A stretch of DNA of 63,450 nt, counting the filler, from Octopus bimaculoides (taxonomy: Eukaryota), in NCBI RefSeq assembly GCF_001194135.2. It is 6 parts of 6 records of this genome, joined end to end, with 100 filler letters (N's around TTAATTAATTAA, not from the genome) between each part and the next. Parts side by side here need not be neighbours in the genome. Positions count along the whole stretch, not along the records: positions 1 to 20,793 come from NC_068981.1; positions 20,894 to 26,378 come from NC_069007.1; 4 more parts are not named here. The stretch is one strand, 5' to 3'. Shown piece by piece: positions 10,801-23,320 of this stretch. Every line of letters starts with the position of its first letter. Within the stretch, counting starts at the first letter, position 1. The notes beneath the pieces were generated by a model. The model was not told where the DNA came from. It was given only the letters and a program-made list of their open reading frames with translations, and made no database searches. Both the position numbers and the translations under genes were made by a program.

Positions 10801-11193
10801 AACTGGCTTCCGTGCCAGTGGCACATAAAATGCACCATTTGAGCATGATCGTTACCAGCGTTGCCTTACTGGCACTTGTGCCGGTAGCACGTTAAAAAAT
10901 ATTCAAGTGAGGTTGTTGCCAGTGCCACTGGACTGGCTCCTGTGCAGGTGGCACGTAAAAAACACCATTTGAGTGTGGCCGTTGCCAGTACTGCCTGACT
11001 GGCCCTCATGCTGATGGCATGTAAAAAGCACCCACTACACTCTCGGAGTGGTTGGTGTTAGGAAGGGCATCCAGCTGTAAAAACTTTGCCAGATTGGATT
11101 GGAGCCAGGTGCAGCCTTCTGGCTTGCCAGCCCTCAGTTAAACCATCCAACCTATGCCAGCATGGAAAGCGGATGTTAAACGACAGCGATGAT
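10801..11193 (+). mobile_element. RTE-LINE 3' UTR with four ~65-nt tandem subrepeats
   Basis: Four ACTGGC...GTGC-N-GGTGGCACGTAAAAA-CACC units (the first three closed by GCCAGT/ACCAGC), then the common tail. Confidence 0.75.
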
Positions 11194-12274
11194 ATATGAT
11201 GGATTCTTTCAGTTTCCATCTACCAAATCCACTCACAAGGCTTTGGTTGGCCCGAGGCTATAGTAGAAGACACTTGCCCAAGGTGATATGCAGTAGGACT
11301 GAACCCAGAACCATGTGGTTGGTAAGCAAGCTACTTACCACAGCCACTCTTGGTTGGTGACAAGGAGATCTAATTGCAGAGAAACTACCTCAACAAACTC
11401 TATCTTTATCCACCCCATGCACACTTCCATATACTCTTACCTATCAGCATTTAAGTCGATTTTTTTTTGTCTTGCGAGTACTTGGTGACCCTACCAATGC
11501 AGGTGCCACTTAAAAGCACCCAATCCACACTGTAAAGTGGTTGGTGTTTGGAAGGGCATCTAGCTGTAAAAACCTTGCCAAAACTGACCTTGCATGTGCT
11601 TGTGCCACATAAAAAGCACTAAATCCAATCTGCTGAGTGACTGGTGTTAGGAAGGACATCCAGCTATAAAAATCCTGCCAAAACAGTCACAGAAGTCTGG
11701 TGCAGGTTTTGGCCTGGCCGGTTCTTGTGGTACCATCCTTCCCATGCTAGCATGGAAGACGAACGTTAAATGATGATGATAATGATACACTGACCCCAGT
11801 GCTCAACTGGTACTTATTTTATCAACCTCAAAAGGATGAAAGGTGACATTGGACTCAGTAGAATTTGAACTCAGAATGTAAGGATGGACGAAATACCACT
11901 GCGCATTTTGGCTGGCATGCTAACAATTCTGCCAGCTCCCCAATTCATCCTGCATTAAATTAAATTTTTCCAAAAATCTATTGTTGACTGTCACATGATA
12001 TTTCAAGAACTATCAGTCCGTCAGGTATTCTTGTCAAGAGAAAGGTGATTTAATTAGTCAAATATCATTATCATACAAGCAGTGCCATTTGTTTGCAATC
12101 TTCCATGGAAACATATCTCATCCACACAAGCATGGAAAAGTGGACATTAAAATGATGATGGCAGCAACTGATGAATCCCACCTGATTTCTGGATAGCTAA
12201 GGATATAAGATTGGTTTTCAAAAGAGTTGTTTCTTAAAACAAAAAATCCATATTACTGTGGTTAACATCTAGAT

Positions 12275-12520
12275 TAGCGAGTCTCAACCAGGGTCTTTAT
12301 GGCCCGGAGAGGGAGGGGCATATAAGATTTTGCTGTTAAAATTCATTGGTTATACTTCTACAATACACCAAATATTTTGATTTCTTCATACAATTTTTGA
12401 TAATATTTAATTATAAAAGTACAATAGGCTTCTTTAAACATTCAATGGCTTGGGGGTCCACAAAATAAAACAGGAACCGGGGGAAGGGGGCATAGTTTAA
12501 AAAATAGTTGAGAACCACTG
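12275..12520. mobile_element. hAT (Charlie/Buster-type) MITE
   Basis: 3' TIR GTTGAGAACCACTG, degenerate 5' TIR TAGCGAGTCTCAAC, 8-bp target duplication ATCTAGAT (12267-12274) / ATCTAGAC (12521-12528) matching the NTCTAGAN preference of this group. Confidence 0.7.
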
Positions 12521-12626
12521 ATCTAGACAAAAGTATGGATCTGTAGATTGTTCATAGTCATTCAACATACTCAATCTCAGCAGATCTTGTCTTCCACAAC
12601 AACAATTAAAGAAATAAATACATCAT

Positions 12627-12632
12627 TTTATT
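12627..12632 (-). promoter_or_regulatory. Probable BOLA3 polyadenylation signal AATAAA
   Basis: AATAAA about 430 nt after the BOLA3 stop, followed by a U/GU-rich stretch. Confidence 0.5.
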
Positions 12633-13062
12633 AAAAATTTCTTAAAATAATTTTTAGATATTTTTTAATATTAAATATCACTTATAAATATTGCAAATCA
12701 AGATTTATACAGAAGAAATTGGAATTTTGTTACATTCATACTTTTCCCAAGGCAATTTGTTCCAAAAACAGATTCCTACACAGAATCAAACCTGGAATGC
12801 AGATTCAGTTGTATGTGAACTTAATACTGCAGACTCTATTGTATATTGACTTAATACTACACCAACACATCAAAAAATTTGCTGCACATATTAATCATCA
12901 CCATTATCTATTTACATCTAAACAATGGAGAAATCTTCAGCAACTCTTTGCATTTGTTTTTTGTCCATTTCTGTGTGCTAATTCTCTTAGCACCATTTCT
13001 CTTCTCATTACTACCAGACTGGATATAATTTTTGATAAAACAAATGTTTTGTTTTTAAATAT

Positions 13063-13158
13063 TTAATGCTTTTTGCTAGGTATATTAGATTCTGAGATAG
13101 CAGGAGCTTGTGTACTGATACGTAAACCATGCATGTCTTTTATTTCATCTGCCAAAGC
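13063..13158 (-). CDS. BOLA3: BolA-like protein 3 (mitochondrial Fe-S assembly factor), coding exon 4 of 4
   Basis: Long T-tract and AG acceptor; ALADEIKDMHGLRISTQAPAISESNIPSKKH* with the conserved MHGL motif; phase 0. Confidence 0.92.
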   Translation of the reverse strand, partial: ALADEIKDMHGLRISTQAPAISESNIPSKKH

Positions 13159-13789
13159 CTAAAAAAAAGAAAAAAGAATAAATAAAAAGTAGAAAACAAT
13201 CATTACACTGTATGGAAACTCTAAGAATTTTCTCTCAATTTCTAATTTACTAACTTTCTATGAAGAACACACACACACACACATAATAGGCTTTTTCCAA
13301 TTTCCATCTACCAAATACATTCACAAGGCTTTGGTCAACCTGGGACTACACTAAGACATATGCCCAAGGTGCTGTGCAATAGAACTGAACCTAAGAGTGC
13401 ATAGTTGGGAAGCAAGCTTCTCAACCACACTGCCATGATTGCACCTGTACAGCAAATAACATACACTCATTCTTCTTGTCCCTATGTTAGTAATAATTTT
13501 CAATTGTAAATAAGAGTTGTGAATATATCAGTGAATGTAAAAACCTGCTCTTTCTCTCTCTTCAGGAATAGCTGGAAAATGCAGTGATCGAAATACAAAG
13601 TAGTGAGGAACAAAAAAGACAAAAAACTCAGTAAATTATCATCTTTATTGTCAGTTTTGGCATGGTTTCTACAGCTGGTTGCCCTTCATATTGCTATATA
13701 TGTATACATGCATTACATCCACACACACTGTCAAATCAATCACTAATTAACATAAGATTATTGACAATGTTGATGCTCTTCATTGTCTC

Positions 13790-14050
13790 TTTCAGATGGT
13801 TTTGCAGCATTGCATAGGACAGCCACATGATGTCTTGCAACTGCTGAGTTTGCTGTACAAGGTTTGGGTTGACATGACATGCCCTTCTAAGGCAATGTAC
13901 GATGACAGCCTCAACGCTGTTGGTTTTAACCTCTTCAAGAACTATTAACTTTAACCAAGACTTCTACCAACTATCAGATGTGACCTCTGTGGGCAATTGT
14001 TCCATGCAAAAAGTGACCTTCTCAGCCATCAACATAAACAAAGAACTACA
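13790..14050 (+). mobile_element. RTE-type LINE C-terminal fragment in BOLA3 intron 3
   Basis: Encodes CDLCGQLFHAKSDLLSHQH, resembling the C-terminal C2H2 finger of RTE ORFs; the surrounding frame is decayed. Confidence 0.35.
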
Positions 14051-14157
14051 AACAAAATGAGAAATACTCAGAAAGAAGGATGGTGATTATTGTCAATAAC
14101 TTTGTCAAATTCATTTATAGTATGTATATAAAAGAAAATATTTCCAATGTCTTTTAC

Positions 14158-14246
14158 CTTATTTACCATACGGTGTTGTGTAAGCATATTTTTCCCTTGG
14201 AAGTCTTCACTTTCAATAAAAATTTCATACATCGCACCACAACCAC
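14158..14246 (-). CDS. BOLA3: BolA-like protein 3, coding exon 3 of 4
   Basis: TTTTTCAG acceptor and AAG|GTAAAA donor; 89 nt encoding (G)GCGAMYEIFIESEDFQGKNMLTQHRMVNK with the BOLA3 SGGCGAM motif. Confidence 0.95.
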
Positions 14247-14856
14247 CTGAAAAAAAAATCATTTAGTTATGACAACTTTCTGGAAATTTAAACACTTTTA
14301 AATACTATTTCTAGCAGGTGGAGTGACCACACAGGAGCTCTGTCATTGTCCACCTTATGTTCAAACAACAAACATTAATGACAGGAGTAGATGAAAGGGA
14401 GATAATCTCATAATACAGCAGAAGAACAAAAAGTTATGTAATAAAAAGTTACAGTGGCAGACCAGATGTGACTACATTCCACTTTCTGAATAATCCTTTC
14501 TACTATAGGTACAAGATCTGAAATTTAAGGGGATGGGGGGAGCTAGTCAATTACATCAATCCCATTGTTCAACTGATATTTATTTTATCAACCCCAAAAG
14601 AATGAAAGAGAGAGTCATTCCCAGCAACATTTGAGCTCAGAACATAAAGACAGACGAAATACTGCTAAGCATTTTGACCAGCTTGCCACCTTCCGAATAA
14701 TGTTGGAGTTAAAAGCAAGGAAACTGACGAACTGGTGCTTTCAAACAGAAATATCTTATAGGTATATGTCCTGCCCATGTTACACAGACACTCCCTTACT
14801 TATGCCTTTGTAAATGCTATGAAACCTTTAACCAATGATATTATTATTCTTTTTTA

Positions 14857-15661
14857 ATCATTTGCTTGTTTCAGTTACTGGACTGTGGCCATGCTTGGCC
14901 AACATGCTGAAGACTTTTTTAGTTGATCAAATTTACCAGAATACTCATCTTAAGCCTGGCACTTATTGTATTGATCTTTTTTTGCCGAACTACTAAGTTA
15001 CAGCAACACAAAGAAAACCATGCAGCTTACCAAGTAGAGAGAGACAAATACAGAGATGCACACACACACACACACACACACATCTAATAAGCTTCACACA
15101 GTTTCCATTAACCTACTCTACTCACAAAGTATTTGTTGGCCCAGAACTACAGAAGTCACTTGCCTAATGTACCACAGTGGAACTGAACTCAAAACCATAT
15201 GGTTGCAACATATACTTGTTAACCAACCACACATGCCAGTACACATGCACTAAAGGAAATACAATAAAAAAGTATGTCAATAGGTTCTTCTATTCTTTTA
15301 CTTGTTTCAGTCATTTGACTGGTGCCATGCTGGAGCACTATCTTTTAGTCAAAGAAATCAACTCCTGAACTTATTCTTTGTAAGCCTGGTCTTATTCTAT
15401 CAGACTTTTCTGCTGAACCACTAAGTTACGGGGATGCAAACACACCAACATCGGTTGTCAAGCAATGGCAGGGGGACAAACAGACACACACATATATAAG
15501 ACAGGCTTCTTTCAGTTTCCATCTACTAAATCCACTCACAAGGCTTTGGTTGGCCCGAGGCTATAGTAGACAACACCTGCCCAATGTTCCATGCAGTGAG
15601 ACTGAAGCTGGAACCATGTGGTTGGGAAGCAAGCTCCTTACCACACAGCCATGCCTGCGCT
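14857..15661 (-). mobile_element. Two tandem SINE family A copies (14857-15251 and 15291-15661) in BOLA3 intron 2
   Basis: Each has the tRNA-like head (TGGCTGTGTGG A box, GGTTCCAG/CAGTTC B-box region), the CCTTGGGCAAGTGTC-like segment, a (CA)n spacer and the family tail. Confidence 0.8.
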
Positions 15662-16229
15662 TATATGTCAAAATATTTGACATAAATACAATAAAGTCAT
15701 CATTTAGAAAGTATGAAAGCTAGGAAATCACAGGACAGTCATTTGTTTCTTCTTATGGGGTCTCAGTAACTTACAGTTGCGACTGTTGTCACGATTTGTG
15801 TGGTTGTTTATTTCAGTGGTACTTAAAACAGTGCATTGCAGTGGCATCTAGGTGCACTGCAGATTTTTAAGAACTAAAACTATATTATTCCTGCTTGAGC
15901 ATCTTAAATAAGTTAATTTCCATCATCATTATTTAACATCCACTTTTCCATGTTTGCATGGATCAAATGGAATTTGTTGAGGCAGATTTTTAATGGCTGG
16001 ATATCCTTTCTGTTACCAACCCTCACTAATTTCCAAAGGTAAGTAATTACAGAGGATCAAGACAAAAATACAATTCGTGATCATCATCATCTTTGTATCT
16101 TCCCCTTTGTTTATAAGCTATTAAAGTTTCATCTGGGAAGAATGCGCTAGAAAAGAAGTATGATTATTAGGTATGAGGTTGTCTTTAATATCCACAGACT
16201 TTAAGTTATCATAAAAGAAAGAAACACAC

Positions 16230-16359
16230 CTGATATGTCAGCAACTTCAATTTGTGAAGCAACTGGAAACTTCTGTTTGAGAATATTAATTATGCTTTTC
16301 TCACCATCAGTGTAAGTTTTGGTACAGAAATATCTTATGGAATGGGGAGTTCTTAAAAT
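16230..16359 (-). CDS. BOLA3: BolA-like protein 3, coding exon 2 of 4
   Basis: TTCTTTTGTAG acceptor and TCAG|GTGTGT donor; ILRTPHSIRYFCTKTYTDGEKSIINILKQKFPVASQIEVADIS(G); 130 nt, phase 0 to phase 1. Confidence 0.92.
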
Positions 16360-18438
16360 CTACAAAAGAATGTTTAGCAAAGAATTTATCAAAATACTGC
16401 CTAGAGTTTTACTAAGTGTTTCACAACCATTGATATTAAACATATCGTTGTTTTTATGAGTATTATTAACATGTAAAATAAATGTTATACCTTGATACCA
16501 TTAATGTGTTATTTTATGGTGAACATTCCTCCTATGACCTATATTAACCCTGAAAGAGCTGATTTCTAAGGGGTCAGGAAGTATTTCAGCCTTAAATGAG
16601 ATCAACTCTGCTTTTCATCCTTTTGGCAGGTAACAATAAAGTACCAATTCAGGGCAGTTGATGTTGGTATTTGTTGCAGCTCTTTGTAATGAGTTCAAAT
16701 TAGACCATGATCTGCTTGGATTGTAGACTGAATTTCTCACCATCATTAATTGGTCAGTGTGCCTTTAGAAGAATCCACTTTGTTGCAAGCATTTGGACCC
16801 AGTACATAATTTGTGAATACTATCCTCCTTCCCACCAGTCCCAGAGGCACTGTAGTGAGCTATGAATCATGAACACTGCCTTCAGTTCTGACTAAAAGAT
16901 GAGAGAAAAAGTAGAAATAAGCTCTCTCTCTCTCTTTCCTTTCCTTTCTATACACACGTGAAAATGTGCACCTCTCATATTTAAATTACCATCAACATCA
17001 TGATCTGCCAGATAGTGAAGATCACACACCAACATTCTCCAATTACTGACATATTACCAAACTCAGACTAATTGGCTTACACAAGTGATAGCAGTTGTTG
17101 TTTAGTTCCAAGTATCCATGATGAACCTGAGCTATAACCAAAGGTGTTCCGGCTATAAACCATCTTGCCTATTTTTAGAACTATTTTTAGAACTAGGTTG
17201 TCTAATGTGTTTTAAGAATGCAGGGTAAGATTTGAAGATTTGGCTGTTATTTCTAGTTGGTCGACCCACAGTTTCCTTTTGGAGGTAAAATGTTGACTTA
17301 ATAAAAAATGAGAAGTAGATGTTATATAATGGACGACGAAGAGAGAATAATAAAACAGAAACTGAAGTACTTATTTGTGACTTATAATTCCCGTTGTATG
17401 AAAAACAAGAATACTAAAAAATGAGGGTGCAAACATGATTCTATACTAATTTCTTTTCCCATGAGGATGGAATATCTCCACATAAAAGTGCTTCAGCTGA
17501 TTTAATATTTAGTTCCTGATTTAATATTTTTAATTAAAAAAAAATATTGTAGATCCTCAATGTAATAATGCTTAAAACATAAAAATTTGGACCCAGATAT
17601 TTTTTTTAAAAAAGGCCACAATAGAAATGCCGGAAAGGGTTTTTAAAAATTCACGTTTAAACGAAATTAATGAAATGAAATACAAAAACATCAATACAAA
17701 CTAAGAGAAATTTCGTTAGATAATCTTGCCAAAAAATATCACCTTCAGATGTACAAGTCAAAATATTTCGACCTTCTTCCACTTGCTTCAGTTTGGCTGA
17801 GTTCCAGATAACAAAGGGTACAACACAATGCGATAAAAAACATTAACCTGTTTATTTATTTATCAAATTTCGTTTTTGTATTTGGTTTGTAAGATTCTTT
17901 ATATGAATTTGTAAATTGATGCATATTTTATTGTTTGAGGAGAGTCATTTTGTTTTAATGCCTAATTAATTAACACACACACCGGATCGACTTCCACTTA
18001 TTTACTTATTTATTTTTTCTAAAAATTTCCGTTGCTTCTTGCAACCCCTTCAACGACTATTGAAAACAGAATAACTCTCCCCAAACACAATAAAATATTT
18101 ATCAAATGTTATAAATATATAAGATAAGGGGCATTTATAGTTCCGAAATATTGAAATATGTCTCCCAATCAATGTTCCTTGTTCTGACATAAATTCATAA
18201 ATGAAATGCTAAATATATTTAATGAGCTACTAATTACATTCATTGCTAAACTAAAAATAAACTATTGAAATGATCACATTTTTTTTCCTCGCAAAAAAAA
18301 AACTTTTGTCAAGCATTATATAAATGAAAAAGCAGCTTTTCGGTGACTAAAAATATCAATTAATCCTTTAAAATAAATTTTTAGCCGTTCTTTTACAATT
18401 AATCATATATATATATATAAATAAACAGTATTTCTAAC

Positions 18439-18480
18439 CTGAATGGGTGAGAAAAACAATCGAGAAATTCTGGGAAACAT
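18439..18480 (-). CDS. BOLA3: BolA-like protein 3, coding exon 1 of 4 (mitochondrial targeting peptide start)
   Basis: ATG at 18480; MFPRISRLFFSPIQ is Arg/Ser-rich with no acidic residues; CAG|GTTAGA donor in phase 0 matches exon 2; total 118 aa. Confidence 0.75.
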
Positions 18481-20204
18481 ATTGGAAGAATGAAATTGAC
18501 GAAACATCAACGATAAATCGGTGTTCACCAAAAACTTGTTAACCCAAGAAAAAATATCTCAAGAGGTTGCTCATCTGTTAGACATAGCAGCCAAATTTCT
18601 CTAAAATTACTATTTATCGTCGTAAATAAAGAATTGAAAACTGTGGTTCCTGATGTTCAAAAAGACAAATGGTCACGCCTGGAATACCTTTGATTATAAT
18701 TCTATTCGATCAGAGCTAAATTAGGGATAAGTAACAACAGAAAAATAAGCTGTCACATTATCGAAACATGACGGAATCGGTGCAGATTCGGATAAAATAA
18801 TTTCGTGGTATTTACTTCTTTTTGAGTTCAAATCATTCAAGTAGCGATAAAATCAGTATCAGTCAAGTAATCTGCTGAAGCCTCTCGCCAAAATATGTGG
18901 CCTTGTGCTTCCATTAGAAATCGTTATCTGTACATCTATCTTCTTGATTTGTGGTATCGATTCATTCGTCCAATGACGTCTCTGTGTTTAAAACGTCACC
19001 GATATTTCATTACATCTATTTAGAGACGACAAAATAAGTACCAGTAATGTACTCAGATTAATTTAATTGATTCTATACTCCCCAGTATATTGCAAACTAC
19101 GGGTGCCATTTGAAGAAATCATGGCAGTATTCAGTTATATCCCTTTACTGTCTTGAAGGTGGAAAAGACATTGATCATTCGTGTAGTTGGGACTATACCA
19201 CTCTAGAAGAATGACAGGATTGTCATGATTGGCATTCTTTTGAGGTTGGGTTTTTCACAATAGAAGCTGACCTTTACGATTCCGGATTCCTTCTTTGGGA
19301 GACTTAATCCATCGCCCTGTTGAATACCACCGCTTGGCTGTTGGTCCACTCTGTTTTAAGCTTTGTATCAGATTTTCAATAGTAAGAGGATAACTTCATC
19401 CATCCCAACAGTCGAGGAGGCTCTATTAAGAGTTGTAGGTGCTCTCTTTCCTCTTCTCAGTAAGCCTCTTAAAAAATGTAAAAAAAAAGAAGTCATTGTT
19501 TGTGAAAGGATAAACAAAGTTAGGCTAGATGCTCTATGATATCTACTTCAGAATTCTATGTTGAATCTTTGTAAGCTTCTTTAATCGTAGCAGTATCAAT
19601 GAAACATTTAGTAATATATAGAATTGTATCACTACTCGCACTTTGCTGCACCTAGTAAAATGTATTCAGTTCTATACAACTTAACACAAAGATAGTAAGC
19701 CAACCTGCCATCATTCTGCCCACTAAATGTAATTACTTCATTTGTTATTTGTTAGTTTAATAAGAAGTTGTGCATAATCATTTTGGATCATCCTTTATCA
19801 GAGATTTTAAAATTACTTAAAACTCTTAAGATGTAATTAATGTTGGCAAAATATAACCTAGAAAAATATTCTAACTCAGTGGTTCTCAAGCGTTTTTTAA
19901 AATTTTATTTACCTATGGATCCCTTTGATTACAATTTTATTCTGGTGGGCCTTCAAAGTCATTTGAAGTTTTATAGATAGTTCTTTCAGAATTCCTATTT
20001 TGATTTTCATGCATTCACTTGTATAAATCATAGCTGAGAGACATAATAGCAACTAGTAGTTGGTAAAAGTATTCACAATGTTTAAAAAGTCATCACATTC
20101 CTCATCAAAAATGTAGTAATTGTCTTTTACACTTGTAATGGCAAGAAATGAAAAAATCTCAACAGATATGCAATGAGATACATGTTCTCCTCTCTACTTT
20201 TGAA

Positions 20205-20398
20205 CCCTTTTGATGTCAATCCACCTGACATTGACCATGATTCTATGGTAAAAACTTTCTGTTTTAAAGTGCCAAATTCAAGTTAATTCCAAACACCAGC
20301 TTAATAATGACAAAGTTATTTTACTAAATTATTTGTTATTTTCAAAATTAATAGAAACAAAGATGGAGTGTCTCAATAAAAATATAGTAACAAAAGTA
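20205..20398. mobile_element. Possible piggyBac-type MITE
   Basis: Starts TGAA|CCCTTTTGAT and ends AACAAAAGTA|TTAA: a degenerate TTAA target and CCCTTTTG-type terminal repeat. Confidence 0.35.
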
Positions 20399-20493
20399 TT
20401 AATAGTGTGTGCAAAAATCTTATGGTGTGCACATTTTTTGGACATACATACATACATGCTTACATACATACATACATACATACATACATCTTA

Positions 20494-20793
20494 TCTATAT
20501 ATATAAAAATGAGAATGTGTGTCTGTCTGTCTGTCTGTGTGAATCCCTAAACCTCGAGAACTACGCAACCAATTTCATTCAAATTTTACACATGCCTTAC
20601 TTAGGGTTCCAGTTGTGTTTTAGTCAAAAAAAATTATTAACTTCTTGCAGAGTTCGAGCACATGGCAACATAATATCTCCTCCACTATTTAAGTATTACG
20701 TGTCAAAAGTGAAACAAAACACTCATGTCAAATACTTTCACTTTAAAAATGAAACTATTCCACTAACTGAAACAATCACATTTCGATACTGTA
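20494..20793 (+). mobile_element. Possible non-autonomous Helitron 5' portion, cut by an assembly gap
   Basis: Begins TCTATATATATAAAAATGAG followed by (GTCT)n, a layout typical of non-autonomous Helitron 5' ends; the 3' end is not visible. Confidence 0.35.
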
Positions 20794-21210
20794 NNNNNNN
20801 NNNNNNNNNNNNNNNNNNNNNNNNNNNNNNNNNNNNNTTAATTAATTAANNNNNNNNNNNNNNNNNNNNNNNNNNNNNNNNNNNNNNNNNNNNCTTTATC
20901 ATTACCATGCTGGACAAAATGATGGGGTGCAGATGTGGCTGTGTGGTAAGAAGTTTGCTTCCCAGCCATGTGGTTCTTGGTCCAGTTCCACTGCATAGTA
21001 CTTTGGGCAAGTGTCTTCTACTATAGCCTCAGGCCAACCAAAGCCTTGTGATTGGATTTGGTAGAGGGAAACTGAAAGAAGCCCATCGTGTGTGTATGTG
21101 TGTCTTTGTATCTGTCTCCTGCCATTGCTTGACAGTGGTACTTCTGTTAAGTACCAGGCTTATGTGGTGCTCCAGCATGGGTGCAGTGTAATGACTGAAA
21201 CAAGTAAAAA

Positions 21211-21245
<35 letters not shown>

Positions 21246-21246
<1 letters not shown>

Positions 21247-21458
21247 GGTGGTAATCTGGCAGAATTGTTGGTACATCGATGAAATGCTTAGTGGCATTTT
21301 GTCTGTCTTTACATTCTGAGTTCAAATCCCACTGGCATTGACTTTGCCTTTCATCCTTCCGAGGTTGATAGAATAAGTACCAGCTGAGCACTGGGGGCAA
21401 TGTAATCGACTTACCCCCTCCTCCAGAATTGCTGGCCTTGTGCCAAATATTTGAAATC

Positions 21459-21514
<56 letters not shown>

Positions 21515-21730
21515 GGGGTGAGCTGGCAGAATCGTTAAGCATGCCGGACAAAATACTTAGTGGCATTTTGTTTGTCTGCACATTCTGAGTTCAAATTCCA
21601 CCAAGGTCGACTTTGCCTTTCATCTTTCTGGGGGTCGATAAAATAAATACCAGTTGAGTACTGGGGTCAATGTAATCAACTAGCCCCCTTTCCCTAAATT
21701 TCAGACTTTGTACCTACTGGAGAAAGGATT
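21246..21730 (+). mobile_element. Two tandem SINE family C copies separated by (ATT)n
   Basis: Heads resemble GGCGGCGAGCTGGCAGAA, with a TGAGTTCAAATTCC B box and GACTTTGCCTTTCATCC; homologous to 25749-25980 and 62111-62329. Confidence 0.75.
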
Positions 21731-22409
21731 ATCTATCGCTTTATCTGCTTCAAGTTCCACAGTTAGTTCCACAAATTAGTTGACATTCTCTCAACATTTC
21801 TAAAATTCTTATGATGTAAACAACATATGAAGAACAGAACTTAATAGTGTTAGAAGTACTCTTTAAAAGAGCTGTTCCATGATGTACCATAGTTGCCAGC
21901 ATAAAAAAAGGGCTTTCTTATTTCCAAATGTGCCAAAAAATCTGCCTCTTATCTAATGAGGTCAAAGGATAGATAGGAGACCAAGTGCTGCAGGTTAGGG
22001 AGCTTAACAAGCATCAGTCCACTCGGTACAATAATTGGTATGATAATTGTTACTATTAATAAAACATTGAAAGTGAGCTGCAAAGTAATCACAGCTTGTT
22101 AGTAAAACCTCATGGAAAATTGTTTCTAGTTTGTCCGTGGGGAAATCACATTATCTCGTTACATCACCTTCTTCACAGTGCATAAATGGTCCACACCTGA
22201 TATCATCATCATCTTACATTATGCAATGACTGTTGCCCCCCCTTCCCCGTAAGAAATATTTCTGTTATTATCTAAATGGAGAATTCTCCAATAAAGATAA
22301 AAGGAATTGTCTTAGATCTTTTATCTTTTACTTAGACCGCACCCATGCTGGGGCACCACTTTGAAGAATTTTAGCTGAATGTATTGACCCCGGTACTTTT
22401 TTTTTTTTT

Positions 22410-22669
22410 AATTCGTAATTTTGTTGCCCTTTCAAAGCCTAGCCAGGCTTGTGGGCCCAGTTTCCCGGTTTCTATGGCGTATGTGTTCCCCCCCAGCTGG
22501 ATGGGACGCCAGTCCATCGCAGCGTTACTCAAGAAACGGGAAGAAAGAGTGAGAGAAAGTTGTGGTGGAAGAGTACAGCAGGGTTCACCACCACCCCCTG
22601 CCGGAACCTCGTGGAGCTTTAGGTGTTTTCGCTCAATAAACACTCACAACGCCCGGTCTGGGAATCAAA
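22410..22669 (-). mobile_element. SINE with head H1 and tail T2 (5' half of the tRNA head lost)
   Basis: About 140 nt nearly identical to 23375-23520, then diverges into GCTGCGATGGACTGGCGTCCCATCCAG...AGAAACCGGGAAAC. Confidence 0.75.
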
Positions 22670-22671
22670 AC

Positions 22672-22721
<50 letters not shown>

Positions 22722-23320
22722 ATGATGGGCTTTCACAGTTTTCATTTACCAAATTCACTCACAAGGCATTGGTCAGCCCAATGTAAAAGTAAAAGACACC
22801 CAAGGTGCTGCACGGTTGGACTGAACCCAAATCCACTAAGTTGCAAAGCAAGCTTCTTAACCACACAGACACACCAATATGTTAACACTAATTGTTGTTA
22901 GTTTTATTCTTTTTAATACCAATGGTGTCTCTGAGGAATTTATTTGATACACAAATTCTATTTTTCTACATCAACCAATATGCAATCTTGTACATTGAAT
23001 TCGTGAATCTTCCATCGCTACTTTGGTAGGTGCAGTGAAGGCTGTGCTTCATTGATGAGGTCACACTAAAACTGAAACATGCCATGAGTTGCCTCCCATA
23101 CTTGCAGAAAGCATAAACACAATATTAATCAATAGTTTAACAAGGGGTTTTTTTTCCCCTCGTCATGTGATTATTTCTTGTTAGCGTTTTTTTATACAGC
23201 ATGTTTTGTATATCATAACACAAATTTCATTACTGTTTATAATGCTCCATGTATTAAATATTTTAACACTATATTGGCAGTTATTTTTGTCGTTTTTCTT
23301 TGTTCATAATCATTACCATC

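Noticed and set aside
10801-11060. Repeat-spacer pattern as a CRISPR array
   Set aside because: Eukaryotic context, no cas genes, degenerate repeats, and the spacers are homologous to each other; it is a LINE 3'-UTR subrepeat.
12719-13066. 115-aa plus-strand ORF
   Set aside because: Antisense to the AT-rich BOLA3 3' UTR with no protein features.
13566-13862. Two plus-strand exon-like segments in BOLA3 intron 3
   Set aside because: The first has stops in all frames; the second is continuous with an RTE C-terminal relic.
20838-20849. TTAATTAATTAA islands inside N runs (also 26423-26434, 38546-38557, 51038-51049, 57793-57804)
   Set aside because: Identical palindromic 12-mer with stops in all six frames, centred in N runs (44 N on each side where counted): an artificial scaffolding linker, not biology.
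21904-21917. AAAAAGGGCTTTCT resembling the U11 snRNA 5' end
   Set aside because: Similarity ends after about 14 nt; no Sm site or U11 stems follow.
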